64,000 bases of DNA from Okamejei kenojei (lineage: Eukaryota): the NCBI GenBank assembly GCA_035221665.1, contig JAVHYY010000154.1, forward strand, positions 434,001-498,000, given 5' to 3'. Shown here one piece after another: positions 22,660-36,470 of the stretch (positions are counted from its first letter, which is position 1; every line of letters begins with the position of its first letter). Both the position numbers and the translations under genes were made by a program. Below the pieces are notes generated by a model, which worked only from the letters and a program-made list of their open reading frames with translations, did no database searches and was not told where the DNA came from.

Positions 22660-24530
22660 TACGGACTCATGGTCCAGACAAGGGGCAACATTACATTAAA
22701 AATGCATTGCATATCAAATATCATAAAATATAATAAAATCTGGTAAATCACATAAAAACATCATAATTTATTTATTTTAAAAAAAGCCCACAATACTTAA
22801 GTTAAAAATCCAGGGTAAAAATGATCAATGTCGTACAACGAGACAACGATACATGTCTCCACAACTGGGATTCGTATCGTGTAGTGCTAACCCTTATGTT
22901 TGTCAGCCACAATAAGCACATTTTTAGAGTCCTTTTCTCTATCCTGCAAAAGGATTTATACATGTGGTGTCTTAGGATAGCTTCTAGAGTACTGACTCCT
23001 GCAGCCACAAACATATTACTGGCACTATACCGATCTTGGTTGCCTAAGCAGTGTTTCTCATGGCATCGTATATGCAACCTTTAGGTCTCTGCATACTTGT
23101 CTTTAATAGTTCGACCACAGGTGCGCAGTGTAGAAGGGGTGTGCAGTATGCTCTATAATAGCGACATCTTCACCATATCTGCACACGCACCAAATTTACG
23201 CAAGATGATATTCGTCCTGTATATACAGCATGCGTCGTTGCCTATAAATATCCTCATCATCTGTCAGTTTTTTTCTGTAAATAATATGCCATAGATATTT
23301 TATCTTATTACAGACACTAAGATTGTTGTCAAACATTTTTAAAATGGATATTTTAGGCTTAGATCCTCTTGGTTCTACAGATTGTGGGTACCATAACAGC
23401 ACACTTACTAGCATTATATTTAATGTCATTTAGTTCCAACCATACACGGAACATGCAGTAAGGAGCCTGCTGGAGGCCAGCGCTAGATGACTAAAGACCA
23501 CAAGATCATCTGCATACATTATGGTTCATCTAAAATATTACCAATCACGCACAACCATGTTTACAGGCTTTCAATTGTTTAGATAGATCATCAATATATA
23601 GATTAAAAAAGGGTCTGGGGATAAAAAATTCCCCCCTTGTCTAAACAACAACCATTGCTAACCCAAATGGGGCTGAGACCCTATTGCCCCATTTTATTTG
23701 CAAGTCTGGTTGGCATATACCAGTAGGCCAGTTTTCTCACAATGTATTTGGACACCCCCCTTTATGACACATTTTAATATCCAAACAGCTTTCTTTGATT
23801 AAAACGGTCAAAGGCTTTGAAGCCATCAATAAAAGCACATAAGGATTGAAGCGTTTTTGCCTCTCTAATTGTTTACAATCTCCTTTTCGGCATATATGCA
23901 TGTCAGTGCCATGTTTAGCTTTAAAGCCAAACTGTTATCTGTGAGTTAACAAACTCATGTATTCTATCCAGCAAACCTTCTATTTCTACATTTCGACTTT
24001 TGACAATATTCGGCTAAAGCTATGGGCCTGTAATTATTTAGACTGCCACTTTACCAGCTTTGTCCTAAATAAACCGGCACTAACAGGACAGACAACATTG
24101 AGTCTGGTAACATGCCACGAATCATAAAGCCAGTAACACAAATAGCTTTAAGAGAGGTGCTATCCTCATAGTCGCATACTTAAGATTTCAGCAGAGATAT
24201 GATCCAAGCACGCTTGCTTTTGTTGTTGGAACAGCTTGTTCAATGCAGGATACACCTCATGTGACATAATCACCATCGAGTCATTTACTCTCAATATTGT
24301 CCACCCTATACAAGTCAACCTTGGGCACAGTTGAATAAAGTGCTGTAATGTTGTCGCCAAACTCCGCGATATTTTAGGCCGTTCCCGGAGTTTCCATCTA
24401 CAGTACATGGTAGAGAAGTTTTGCAACTGCCAAGAGCTCTCACTCTTCCGTCCAAAATCTGTAGCATTGTTACTCAGGCAGCTTCTTAGCTATGGAATCA
24501 GCCCTCATAGCTTATTCATTCGTAATATGC
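22660..24530 (-). mobile_element. Degenerate L2/Crack-like LINE RT
   Basis: Minus-strand RQGG, NLYIDDLS and MYADDLVV motifs near 23490-23645; heavily frameshifted. Confidence 0.6.
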
Positions 24531-24534
24531 CTTA

Positions 24535-26645
24535 CTGTTTTTGCTACCAAAGTGGATAACCTCACAATTTATCCGCATTAATCTTCATCTGCCATGCATC
24601 TGCCCACACTCCCCCAACCAGTCAAGTTCACCCTGCATTCTCATAGCATCCCCACACAGTTCACACTGCCACCCAGCATTTGTGTCATATGCAAATTTGC
24701 TAATGTTACTTCAATCCCTTCATCCAAATCATTGATGTACATTGTAAATAATCTGCGGTCGCACACCGGACCTTGCGGACCCTCACTAGTCCACTCAGTT
24801 ACAGACTGCCTGCCATTCTGAAAGGGACCCCTTTTATCCCCACTTTTTGTTTCCTGTCTGCCAACCATTTCTTGATTCCATGTCTGCACTCTAAACCTCA
24901 TTACCATGCGCCTCTAATTTGCCCACTAATCTCCTATGTAGGATCTTATCAAATGTTTACTGAAAGTCCAGTACACTACATCCACTGGCTCTCTCCTTCC
25001 ACTGGCTCCTTCCCCCCTGTCATTTTCCTAGTTACATCTTCAAAAAATCTCAGAAGATTAGTCAAGCATATTTCCCCTTCCTAAATCAATGCTGACTTGG
25101 AACGATCCTGTTTTACAACTATCCAAAATTTTTTGGCAAATTCATTTTTTACAATTGACTCAAGCATCCTCACCACCATGTCAGGCTAACTGGGCTGTAA
25201 TTCCCTGTTTTCCCTCCTCCCGCCTTTCCTAAAACGTAAGGATAAAACATTAGCTACCCCGTCCAATCCACATGAACTGATCCTGATCTATGGAAAATTG
25301 GAAAATTATCTCCAATGCATCACAATTTCTGGAGCCACTTCCTTAGGTACCCTGGGATGCAGACCAACAGGCTTGGGGATTTATCAGCCTTCAGTCCCAT
25401 CGTCTATCCAACACTATTTCCTGCCTAATGTGGATTCCTTCAGTTTCCTCCTCTCCCTGTTCCGTCACCCCAGATCCTCTGGCCGCTAATATCATCAGGA
25501 AGATTGTTTGTGTCCTCGTTAGTGAAGACAGATCCAAAGTACTGTTCAACTCATCTGCCATTTTCCTTGTTCCACATAATAAATTCACCTTTTTTCGGTC
25601 TTCAAGCGTCCAAACTTTGGCCTTATCTATTGTTTTCCTATGCTTCACATACTTAAATTTAGCTTTAATATCCTGCTTTATATTCTTGGCTAGCTTACCT
25701 TCGTACCTCATCGTTTTCTTCTCCCAGGTAATTGTATTCTTGTATTGTCGTTCTAGTATCATCTATTGTTTCCTTAAACGTTATACCCAATCCTCTTGCT
25801 TTTCCCGCTCATCTTGCTACGATGTACGCCTTCGCTTTAATTTTTATACTCTCACTGACTTCCCAGTCCAGCCATGGTCGTCCTTTCGTTCGGCCCCTTG
25901 GAATCTTTACTTCCTCCTAGAAAAATGAACTGAGCCTGCACCTTCTGTATTATTCCTGGAAAAACACCTGCCATTATGTTCCACGTCATCCCTGCTAGTG
26001 TATCTGTCCAATCAACTTTGGCCAGCTCCTCCCTCATGGGCCCATAGTCCCCTTTATTCAACTGCAAAACACTGGCACCTCCGAAGCTATCACTTCTTCC
26101 CTCTCCAATTGTAGAATAAACCTAACCATGTTATGGGCCACTGCGTCCTAATGGATCATTAAACTTCGAGTCCTTTATCAAATCCGGTTCATTACATAAC
26201 ACGAAATCCAGAATTGCCTTCTCCCTGTTAGGCCCAATACAAGCTGTTCAAATAATGCATCACTAAGGCACGCTACAAATTCCCGTTCGGGGGGGGGTCC
26301 AGAACCAACCTGATTTTTCCAGTCCCTAGCTGCATGTTGTAACTCCCATAACGAACCACAGATTACTTTTACTTCTTGCCAATTTTAACTCCTGATTCAA
26401 CTTGCGCCTATGTCCAGGCTACTGTTTGGGGGGCTGTAATTATCCCATTAGGGTATTTTTACCCTTACAATTCCCTCATCCATACAGACTCTACATCTCC
26501 TGTTTGATGTCACCCCCCTTGTAAGGGTCTGAATTTCATTCCTAACCAACAGGGTCAACCCCACCCCCTTCAGTCATTTCGATAGGATGTATACCCTTGA
26601 ATACTTCAAGGTCCCAACCTTGCCCTCTTACAGCCATGTCTCAGT
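24535..26645 (-). mobile_element. CR1 ORF2 fragment (degenerate)
   Basis: [19 protein letters not shown] and LNKGDYGPMREELAKVDW motifs. Confidence 0.85.
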
Positions 26646-27639
26646 AACTGAGTTCGATGATCAGCCATGATCATAATTGACTGACTGGCGGTGGCAGGCT
26701 CGAAGGGCCGAATGGCCGACTCCTGCACTTATTCTATGTTTCAATGTTTCTAACAATGGGCAATTATGGGCTAATTTATTATTATTGTTGCCTTCCCTGC
26801 CTTGTTCTGCCTACTACTCTTGCTTCCAGAGGCCTCGCCCTACTTTTCGACTGAAGAATGACCCTGACCAGACACGTTATCATATATCCTTTTCCTCCAG
26901 AGATTACTGCCTGCTGTTCATTTTGCCGATTTAAACCGGCGACAGTAAAAGCTGCATAATGTTTCCCTGATAAATAGCCACACAAATTGTGTGGCTGGTG
27001 GAAGGTTAACTTTGTACCTACCCATTTCTCCCCTTCTCTCGCAATCTGGGAAGAAAACAGAAATAATCTGTCCAAACAGAATATCATGATGATATCTTGT
27101 TCAAAAACTCTAATCATCGCTCGTGCATTTTAATGACAAGCCACTTGTTAAAAAATTAAGTGATAATACAAAACCCTCCTCCTCAGCTTCCCATATGTCA
27201 ACTCCTGCCAACATTTATCATGCAGCATCCCCCTCAACGCGGGGACATGTTCCGTCGCGGATTCCGTGAAATGATAATCTGAGCGGAATTAATTCTGTGT
27301 GATGGGGAAAATTGTGAACCATATTTCTCGCCCTTTAGTGACACAAATCGCAACGAACTGTCCCTTGTAAACGACTATGTGTTTATTTGAATGCAACAGC
27401 CTCCATAGTGCAAATGCTTGAATTCAGTAGTAAAGTTTTACCTTCTCTCGCTGTTGTCCCATTGAAAGTATATTGCATGTCCCCATCAATATATTTGCTG
27501 AATGTCAGCGATCAACGCTACAAAGCCTCACTTGTGGATTTTAAAAACTTGCTGATCTCTCGTGAAACCGAATTCAGAAGTTCTTTCCAAGCTAAATAAG
27601 TGAAAATTGGTTGTCTGGTGTGAGTGACTTTATACTAGC

Positions 27640-28345
27640 GCGCACCCACAGCTGGGTCAGCGTTATGGCACCTTTAATAACAGCTGCTGGAGGATTGCCG
27701 ATTCCAACAGTCATTCTGTCGGTTATGGTGAAGTGACGGAGAGGGTCGGAGGTAATCCCTTCCCTTAGCGGCAGTGGTGGGGTGTGGGAAAGACTTACAT
27801 CATTTGTCATGGAGTTCACGTCGGGTTCGACCAGAAGGGCGGGTCGCAGAGAATTAGTCAGCACACAGAGTCTCGCTTTGGGTGCGGATAGGTGAGGCAC
27901 ATTTTCCCGTGAGAGGAGAATATTATGAGAGAAAGGAGCACGGAGGGACCTGCAGCTTCAGCGGTCCCGAGATGCTTACGTGAGGTCGCGGGTCCCCAGA
28001 TGCTGCACGATCTATAAGACGTGTGCATGCAACCGTTTTATCTTTTTCTCATCTGGAGAAATGGCTCCTCGCGGATGACGGCTCTCCTTTGTTAAAGATC
28101 CAGAGAAGATCATGCTTTTAGTTCGGTCATTTTTTTGGTCTCTGTTCTCCTCAGATGGATTCAGCGGGGAGACAAGCTGGTCCAGTGGGAGGCTCTACTG
28201 ACTGCAGATAGAGAGTTGTTTGAACGCCTTGATGACCACTTTTTCATTGGAGGAGTTGCCTACATTGGAGGAGTGCAAATCCCACCTGTTTTGGCTGACG
28301 GTAGAGTTTTCTGGGATGTCCTGGGGGGTGACCACATGAAGGTCT
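27640..28345 (+). mobile_element. Tx1-like fragment, cassette 2
   Basis: Homologous to 2364-2600/6934-7170 and to 40650-41325. Confidence 0.65.
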
Positions 28346-29096
28346 TGGGGTGTGGGGGGTGGGGGGGGGGAGTGGAAGCCTGGCGACCGGTGATCTATGG
28401 AGAGAAGGAATAGATGACGTTTCGGGTCGAGGCCCTTCTGCAGACTGATGTGGGGGTGGGGGGCGGATGAAAAATGGGAGAGGCGGAGACCAGTGGCTAT
28501 GGGAGAGCTGGGAAGGTTGGAGATGTAACTTAGAAAGCAAGGACTAACCTGAAATTGGATAAGTCAATGTTCATACCCGCAGGGTGTAAACTACCCAAGC
28601 GAAATATGATGGTGCCAATTTGCGGTTGGGCCGCACTGTGTTCTGGGCCTCCTCCATGGCCAGAATGAGTTAATGTAGGTTAAGGGCAGTTTCCATCATG
28701 GTCCAGTGGTCCGGATCGATTTTCGTTCAGCGAAGGGGGAGATTTTATTTTCTCCAGTGCGGAACTGAGCAGCTGCCAACTTCTGCACATTGTGCACCTG
28801 CCACCAGCACATAAATAGTGGGCAGTCCATCAGTCTTTATACTAGTACGGTCTGCTGCTGCTTCGTAAAGTAATACTGATACAAATTGGCAACAGTACAT
28901 GAATGAGATTTTAAAACAGTTTTAGTCTGTGCTTGTTTGTGTTGCGCTCGTGTTATGAAAAATTGTGAGAATAATAATCGGCGGCTGATGCGGCAGCAGT
29001 TTACCTCGCACTGAGTCTACCAGATATTAAAGCCAGGGCCGATTTTCATTTCAGCTGAAATTCCGCCTATTATCCCCAGATATATATCGTTACATT

Positions 29097-29452
29097 NNNN
29101 NNNNNNNNNNNNNNNNNNNNNNNNNNNNNNNNNNNNNNNNNNNNNNNNNNNNNNNNNNNNNNNNNNNNNNNNNNNNNNNNNNNNNNNNNNNNNNNNNNNN
29201 NNNNNNNNNNNNNNNNNNNNNNNNNNNNNNNNNNNNNNNNNNNTCCGCTCCCTCTCCCTCTCTCCCTCCCCCCCTCTCTCTCCCCCCTCTCCTCTCTNNN
29301 NNNNNNNNNNNNNNNNNNNNNNNNNNNNNNNNNNNNNNNNNNNNNNNNNNNNNNNNNNNNNNNNNNNNNNNNNNNNNNNNNNNNNNNNNNNNNNNNNNNN
29401 NNNNNNNNNNNNNNNNNNNNNNNNNNNNNNNNNNNNNNNNNNNNNNNNNNNN
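29097..29452. other. N runs (29097-29242, 29298-29452) around a CT-rich tract
   Basis: Direct reading; gap or masked simple repeat, at the same cassette position as 42046-42276. Confidence 0.95.
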
Positions 29453-29637
29453 TTTTTGCTTCTGTAATTTATCTTTGTAATATTTTCTATTTTTTCCTTC
29501 CCCACGCAACGGCGTCTAATCAATCCACACTAGACTGGGTTCTCGGATTGCGCCGCAGATGTTTTGCTGTGCTGTGTGTCTGTATGCCGCCACGCTGAGG
29601 TTTGGTACAGCTATCTTCACTGCGCGGTGTCACTGTG

Positions 29638-29955
29638 CGATGCGCGACTCATCCCACAGTAATAAACAGCCTGGTCGCTCGGCAGTACTTCAGATAGCGT
29701 TAACCGACTGATTTTTCTGGCCAGGATCGATAGAACCGGCGGGTAGTAATACGACCTTCGGCAGCCTCTTCCTTATCTGGCTTTCCTGAAGTGTGTCTTT
29801 GATCCAGTAGAATTCCAGAGATTGCCCTGGGAACTGTCGGTACCAGTGTATTGTGTACGAGCAAATTCCGGAATATACGCAGTTAAGAGTGACAATGTGT
29901 CACCAGAAAAGAGAGGTTAGTTTAGGTGGACTCTGGGATCCCGCGGAAATGGAAT
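29638..29955 (-). pseudogene. Supporting TCR-delta-type V, cassette 2 (frameshifted as assembled)
   Basis: Homologous to 8649-8954; acceptor tctacag and heptamer (29631-29637) kept. Several indels (7-nt insertion near 29738, +2 near 29896, +1, -1); 24-nt spacer and shortened nonamer. Confidence 0.85.
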
Positions 29956-32900
29956 CTGTAGAAAATAGTAGAATTGTTATTGTTTTAACATTGACTGTTG
30001 GAGACTGTACATGCGCAGAAGGGGGTTACCGTCTCCAGTAGTTTCATCACATTTTGAAAAATGTATGGAAAACACTTATTTATGAATCTTGTTATTGTTT
30101 CCTACCACGAGTTGAGTTTAATTTTCGTTTAGGTTTAGTTTACTTTTAGTTCCTTTAGCTTACTTTAGTTCAGTTTAGTTTAGTTTAATTTAGGGACACC
30201 CGAGCGGAAACGGGCCCTTCGGCCACCTTCCGCACCGCCCTGCAATCCCGGCACATTAACACTACCCACACACACGATGAAATTAACATTTTTGGAAAGC
30301 AATTACCCTTTTTAAAACTGTCCGTATTTGGAGTGTGGGAAGAAACCCTAGATCTCAGAGAAAACCCACGCAGATTATGGGCAGAACACACAAACTCCGT
30401 AGAGACATCACCCGGAGTCGGGATCGAACTCGGGTCTCAGGTGCTAACAGCGCTTGTCGGGCAGCAGGTCTACCCGTTGCGCACCGTGGTGAAATTCGCT
30501 GACGAATATATTTCGCGAGGTCAAACTCTGATATATGAAAGGGAAATTGGGAAAACATCCCACGCTGTGTGAACCGCCACAGCGGCACGAATAATACTGG
30601 AGCTGATCAGAGAGTAGGGATCCGGTGAATGAACCAAATTACCTTACCCGCTTCTCTAACATTTTTTAATTGGTTCTTCGCGTTAAAACAATATAACTAG
30701 TCATTTTCCTCAGAGCTTGACTGAAATGTATCCCTTCCTAGGTATGGTTAAGGTTCAACAGTGATGTATTGGCATTTAAGGCATAAGGTAAAAAGGCCAT
30801 GTGATAGGAGTATAATTAGGCCATTCGACCCATTAAGCCTACTCCGCTATTCAATGATGGCTGAACTATCTCACCTTGCGAACCCAATTCTCCTGCTTTC
30901 TCCACAATAACAATAACGTCTGACGCCTCGATTAATCAAAAATCTATCTTCGCTTGCCTAATTTCCCCCCTGACTTGGCCTGCACAGCCTTCTGTGCTTA
31001 ACAAATTGAAGGTCATCTTTTGAGTGCAATTTGCTCAACCCGAGATAAATGCTTTGCGCTCTATGTATTAAAGAGTTGTTTTTTCTTCATTGGGCCTCGC
31101 CCTTCTACGTTTTACTTTCATTTAATTCAAGAACAGTTTTTAGTTTTCATCATTGGTCGCCCCGCTTTTTGCTGCTTGCGGTTCATATTTTCCCCTGTCG
31201 AGATCAGTTTTCAAGCGTTCTGGCAGCTGTCGTTTAATTTCAGTTTGTGAAATTTTTACAGTGGGTCCAGCTTCACTCACAGGCCACCTACTCTCCTGCC
31301 GACCTCCCTCTGTTTCCTGGAAATAAGAAATATATTGTTTCCACTGGCTTTCACATGCAGGGGGCGTGGATCAATTCCATGATTGTATGGGAAAGTTTAT
31401 AAGCCCGTTTAATGATAAGGTGGTTCGCAAGATCAATAGTTGTAAGATTTTAGAGACCATTAGCAAAATGAGGTTCCAGTTACATTGAAGCACATAATAA
31501 AATCGGCGAAGTCAGCAGGGGGGGGGGGGGGGGGGGGTGGGGGCTCTTGCCTGACACATCTGTTGATATTCTTTGTGAACGTAGCAAGCAGGATGGTGAA
31601 AGGAAAGTCAGAAATACTGCTTCCTTAAATTTTCTGATGCATATTAAACGGTGTAGGACGCGAAGCGGGTAATAAGAATGGAGTATTGGTGTTAGAGTTA
31701 AGCATACAGTGTGGATAGAGGATAGGCTGTCCGTATCAGGTCAAAATATTGGAATAACGGTGATCGTTTCTGCTTGCTGCCTTTGACTAGTGGGTCAATG
31801 TTGGGTCCACTACTTTTCCCGTTGTATTTTTACGATCTGGATGATGGAATTGATGGCAGATGGAATACTACACAGCACACTATACGGGCATGCACTTTGG
31901 CGGATGGAATAACGATGTCGACTATTTTCTAAATCAGGAGAGGATCCAGAAATTGAGGTGCTAAGAGATTTGGGAATGTTGGTGCGGGAATTCCAAAATG
32001 TGAATTTGCAGAGTGAATCGTCGTTGAGGGATACGAGTTAAATTTTAGCATTCATTTCGAGATGACTAGAATATGAAAACAGGGATCTAATGTAAATAGT
32101 AGATTTTTTTAGGCACTGATTTCATCACATTTGGAATATCGCGAGCAGTTTTGTGTCCCGTATCTGAAGAAGGATATGGTGGCTTTGGAGATTGCCAAAC
32201 GGAGGTTTTCGCGAATTATTTGGGGGATCATTCGGTCGCGCATAATATGTGTTTGCTAACTCCAAGCCTACACACGCTGGACGAGAAGGATAAGTTCTGA
32301 TTAATCTGATCACTCTGTTTGACATTTGAGCAGCATTGTCATCGCCATTTCGTCCTCACGCTCCAAACTCGGATACTTTCCCAATTTTCTCTGAATTGAC
32401 CCTTGCTACATATCGCAGTCTTCACCCAAGCTCTTTTCGTTTTCTGTACACCCACTACCCTCCGTGTGAAAACGTTACCCCTCACATCCTATTAAATCTT
32501 CCCCTTAAGCTTAAACCTGTGTTCTCCGGTCCTCGACTCACCTACTCTGCACAAGAGATTCTGCGTGTCTACCCGATCTATTATTTCCATGATTTTATAC
32601 ACTTCCACACTTCCACCCCATTCCTCTCATAACATAAGATACAAAAACTAACTCAATAATTTAATGGCCACAATCCTAGAGCAACAATACAAACAAATCC
32701 TTTGTATAACCAGAGACAATTATGAAAAGTTTATGAACACAAAGTGCTGCAGTAACTTGCCGACCAAGAGGGTGAATTCACATAGCGTTTTGGAGCAAGC
32801 CGGCGGTTGGGTGGTAACATTAACTGCGCGGGTCAGGCTGCATTTCAGGAGAACATTGATAGCTGACATTTGGTATCAAGACTTCAGATTCCGATTTCAG

Positions 32901-33205
32901 CGTCCGCATTTCGTTGTGTCTGCATATAAATTCATAACTGTGGTTAGCACTCTGTGGTGTTCCCGAGCCTGATGGTTTTGGGGAAGTAGCTATTCTTGAA
33001 CCTGATTAACGTTGTGCTCCCGGGGAGCCTCACATATCATCTCCTTGGACTCGCACGTACCGTAACATCTGGACCAAGTTGCTGGAACCCTTTATGAATA
33101 GAATCTGTTTCAATTGGAAAGCAATTGAAGCCTCGAGATCTAATATTACAGGGAACTGAATATTTCTAAGAACAGCCGTGGATAAGAGAGGTTTTGGGTA
33201 CTTAC

Positions 33206-33302
33206 CGGCTGTGACAGTCACCGTAGTCCCCGTCCCCTCTTGATGGTAAGTGGCCCATGAAGCCACAGTGCCCCGTCTCTCGATGCTCGCAATACAAGAA
33301 CA
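33206..33302 (-). CDS. NAR-TCR J, cassette 2 (33206-33263, ASWATYHQEGTGTTVTVTA) with 23-RSS
   Basis: CACAGTG 33264-33270, 23 nt, ACAAGAACA 33294-33302; donor G|GTAAGT. Confidence 0.92.
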
Positions 33303-33603
33303 GTTTTCACCTCGATTTACCCGGCAACCACGAGACTCGCTGTCCAATTATTCCAGGAGTTTCAGACCAACCAGTAACTGTCCTTGCTCCCCAACCCTCG
33401 CTGCGTTCCCGCTAAGAAACAGAGCTAAGAGCAGAGTGATCCCGCACGCAGGCTGGTGTGCTTTGACAAACACGGAACCAGTTATTAAGGAATGCTAACG
33501 GAATGTGGTAATCCCTATGCAATTTAACTGGACTACAGCGTCACGAACAACAATCGTTTGATTTTGTTTCCGGAACCCAAGAACATAAATGTTGAATGGG
33601 GTG

Positions 33604-33674
33604 AGTTTTTATTCGACTCTCCTACACTGTGGATATCCCATTGTCACACGTTGTTCCACGTCACTTTCAAATCC
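33604..33674 (-). other. D segment, cassette 2 (33632-33646, TGACAATGGGATATC) with 12/12 RSSs
   Basis: Heptamers 33625-33631 and 33647-33653, 12-nt spacers, nonamers 33604-33612 and 33666-33674. Confidence 0.85.
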
Positions 33675-34036
33675 CCTGGCGCCCGACGAGTCGGGCGGGC
33701 AGGAGATTAACGTTCAGCGAATGCATTTTTCAGATTGCATTTTCTGTAACTGGATCCCGTCTGGAGTTGTGCATCAGAAGAGTGGTCAGTCATTCTCGAT
33801 GGCAGTTCGTTTACATCATTTTCGGTAAAGGGGGCGTTATCCAGCCGCACTCGCCAAATAGAGAAACCCCATTGTTTGAATCGCACGCATTTCATCCGGT
33901 ACAACCTAGAATGCAGGGCAGGCGGGACAAAGCGGAACCGTGGGTTACCCGGTGGATTCACCTCACGTCTTCACGTTGCTACTAGAATCTGCCGTCAGAG
34001 TTTTTGTATTGCTGGAACCGCACTCCCATCACTGTG

Positions 34037-34329
34037 CTCTCTCCACCTGTACTCAGCTTGACAGATATAGGTGGCCGTGTCCTCAACTCTCAAACCACGA
34101 ATTTTCAACGTAAAGGTCTTTTGCGCTTTATTGGTCGACACAACAACCCCTCCACCTGTTCTGATCCGCTGCCGTTCAGCACCGGGTTGTGCTTGCTTGA
34201 AGAAATATCCTACATTAAATTGGTAGCTGCCACTGGAACCTTCCTGGAATAGGCAGGTGATTGTGAGGGGTTGGCACTCTTTTCCAGTCACCGCATTCGG
34301 GCTCTGGGTCACTGACTGAGTGAAGGTGT
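34037..34329 (-). CDS. NAR-TCR V exon, cassette 2
   Basis: Open 293-nt exon (..GKECQPLTITC..EDTATYICQAEYRWRE). RSS CACAGTG 34030-34036, 22 nt, ACAAAAACT 33999-34007. Confidence 0.92.
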
Positions 34330-34483
34330 CTGTGGATGAAACACAGGGAGAGGTGAGTGGGAATTCGAGGCGAACCACGGAAGAAGGATAAATCGCGGAC
34401 AGTGTTTGAAATTCAGGTCGGAGTGGACTCGAGTTGTTTTATGTTAAACCCGCACTGTGTGGGAGTAGGGGACCGGTACTCAC

Positions 34484-34526
34484 GGCGTAAGCACAGTGAC
34501 AGTAGAAAAAAAAGTGGGATTCCCAT
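34484..34526 (-). CDS. Leader exon, cassette 2 (MGIPLFFLLSLCLR)
   Basis: ATG at 34526, 43 nt, GTGAGT donor. Confidence 0.9.
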
Positions 34527-35539
34527 CGCACGTTCTCCTGGAAAAAATGGTTTACGTGACGAGAGGCTGGAGCCCAGGTGCCCCCACAGACCCTGCACGT
34601 GTCCCGGAGAACTGAGCGGGAACCTCAGCTGGTCCGTTCGTTTCGTTACGGGCGGTGTTCTGGGAAGTTTTGAAAATCGATGTGCGAGGAGAGGGAGAGT
34701 TCGAGACGCGGATTGTTAAATCTGCTGATTTGTTTGGTGTGAAGCATCTGGTGTGGCTCTGACGTTTCTCTGACGTTCAGTAGACCATTTGAACCATTCA
34801 GGCAACTGAACATATGGGGGTAGTAGATAGACTGAAGGCAAAGTCCCTTCTCCAATCGGGCAGAAAATACAGAAGAATGAAAACTCACACCTCCAGATTT
34901 AGGGTACAGGTTCTTCCCTGCAGTTATCAGCTAACTGAACCATCCTAACACGGCTCGAGAGCAGTCCTACAATACTATCTACCTCATCATTGACCCTCGA
35001 ACTATCCTTATCGGACTTTGTTGCCTTTATCTTGCACTAAACTTTATTCCCTTAACATGTATCTGTGAAGTGTACATTGCTTGATTGTTACCATGTATTG
35101 TTTCTCCGCTGACTGGTTAGTATGCAAAAAGCTTTTCTCTCTGTACCGTGTTATACGTGAAAATAAACTAAACTGCAACGGGTGGCGGAGGTGTTTTGTC
35201 AGCAGAGGCTGTCGTTCCATGTGCAACTCCGGAATAATGCAGGAAGGCCTGTGCAAGGCCTGTTTGTTTGTTGTTTGACGAGCGGCTGTACGGCCAAAGG
35301 TAGTGGGAATTGCCGCACGTGGCTTATAACATCGACGAAAGACCAATGCGAGGCCGCAGTCGGGCTGGGTACCGGTATCCCTCCGAATGCCAATGCGCTA
35401 GTAAAAGCGAACACACAGATTACAATTAATGCTGTCACCAGCAGGGATGGAGAAACACAGAAACGTAGAAAATGGGTGTACGTGTAAGTCATTCTCCCTT
35501 CGCCCCTGCACCGCCATTCAAAATGATAAAGGCATGTGG

Positions 35540-36470
35540 CACATGAGGTGGGGCAGCTCTGTTCGTGAGGGATGAAATGCACTCCCTTGCGTGCGATGAC
35601 AGATGTACTGGCGATGTAAAGTCGCTGTGGATCTGATTGAGGAATTGTAAAGTTAAGACGACAATAGAAATTATCTGCAGGCCCCCGAACAGTGGCCTGG
35701 ATACAAGGTGCAAGTTGCAGCAGGAGTTAACATTGGCTTGTAACAAATGTAATGCCACTGTCGTTAGGGTGTTTTCAAAATGCAGGTAGACTGGGGAAAT
35801 CAGGTTGATTCTGGAACCCAAGAAAGCGATTTTGTAGAGTGCCTCTGAAATGGATTCGTAAAGCAACTTGTATTGGAAAGTACCACAGAGAAGGCAACTC
35901 TGGATTTAGTGCTGTCTAATAGACCAGATTTCGTAAGGGAACTCAAGGTAAAGGAATCGCTAGTAGGGAGCGACCATAATATGATAAGTATTAACCTGCA
36001 ATTTGAGATGGAGAAGGTTGAATGAGAAGTGTCAGTGTTGCAGTTGAACAAAACGGACTATAACGAGATGGGAGAAGAGAGGGCCAAGGTCGATTGCAAA
36101 ATGATTCTATCAGGAATGACGGAGGAACAGCAATGGCAGGAATTTCTGGGCATAATGCAGAATATGCAGGATCATTTCATTCCAAGGATGAAGAAAAAAA
36201 AATCTAAGGGGAGTAAGAGGCAACCGTGGATGACAATGGATGTTGGGAACGGTATACAAAGGAAAGAAAAGATGTATAACATGGCAAAGAGTGGTGCAAA
36301 GCCAGAGGTTTGGGAAAATGTCAAAGGCCATCAGAAGGTCACACAAAGGGCAATACGGGGTGAAAAGATGAAGTACGAAGGTAAACTCGCCAGGAATATA
36401 AAGGGCAGTAAAAGCTTATTTAGGTATGTTAAGAGAAAAAGATTAGTAAAGGAAAATGTCGGTCCCTTGT
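35540..36470 (+). mobile_element. CR1 APE/ORF2 fragment where GPCR exon 1 would be expected in cassette 2
   Basis: ORF 36029-36472 (LNKTDYNEM..YVKRKRLVKENVGPL); homology to the GPCR intron resumes at about 36480. Confidence 0.85.

Noticed and set aside
29017-29523. Long ORFs spanning N runs (also 41878-42345)
   Set aside because: Artefacts of translating Ns.
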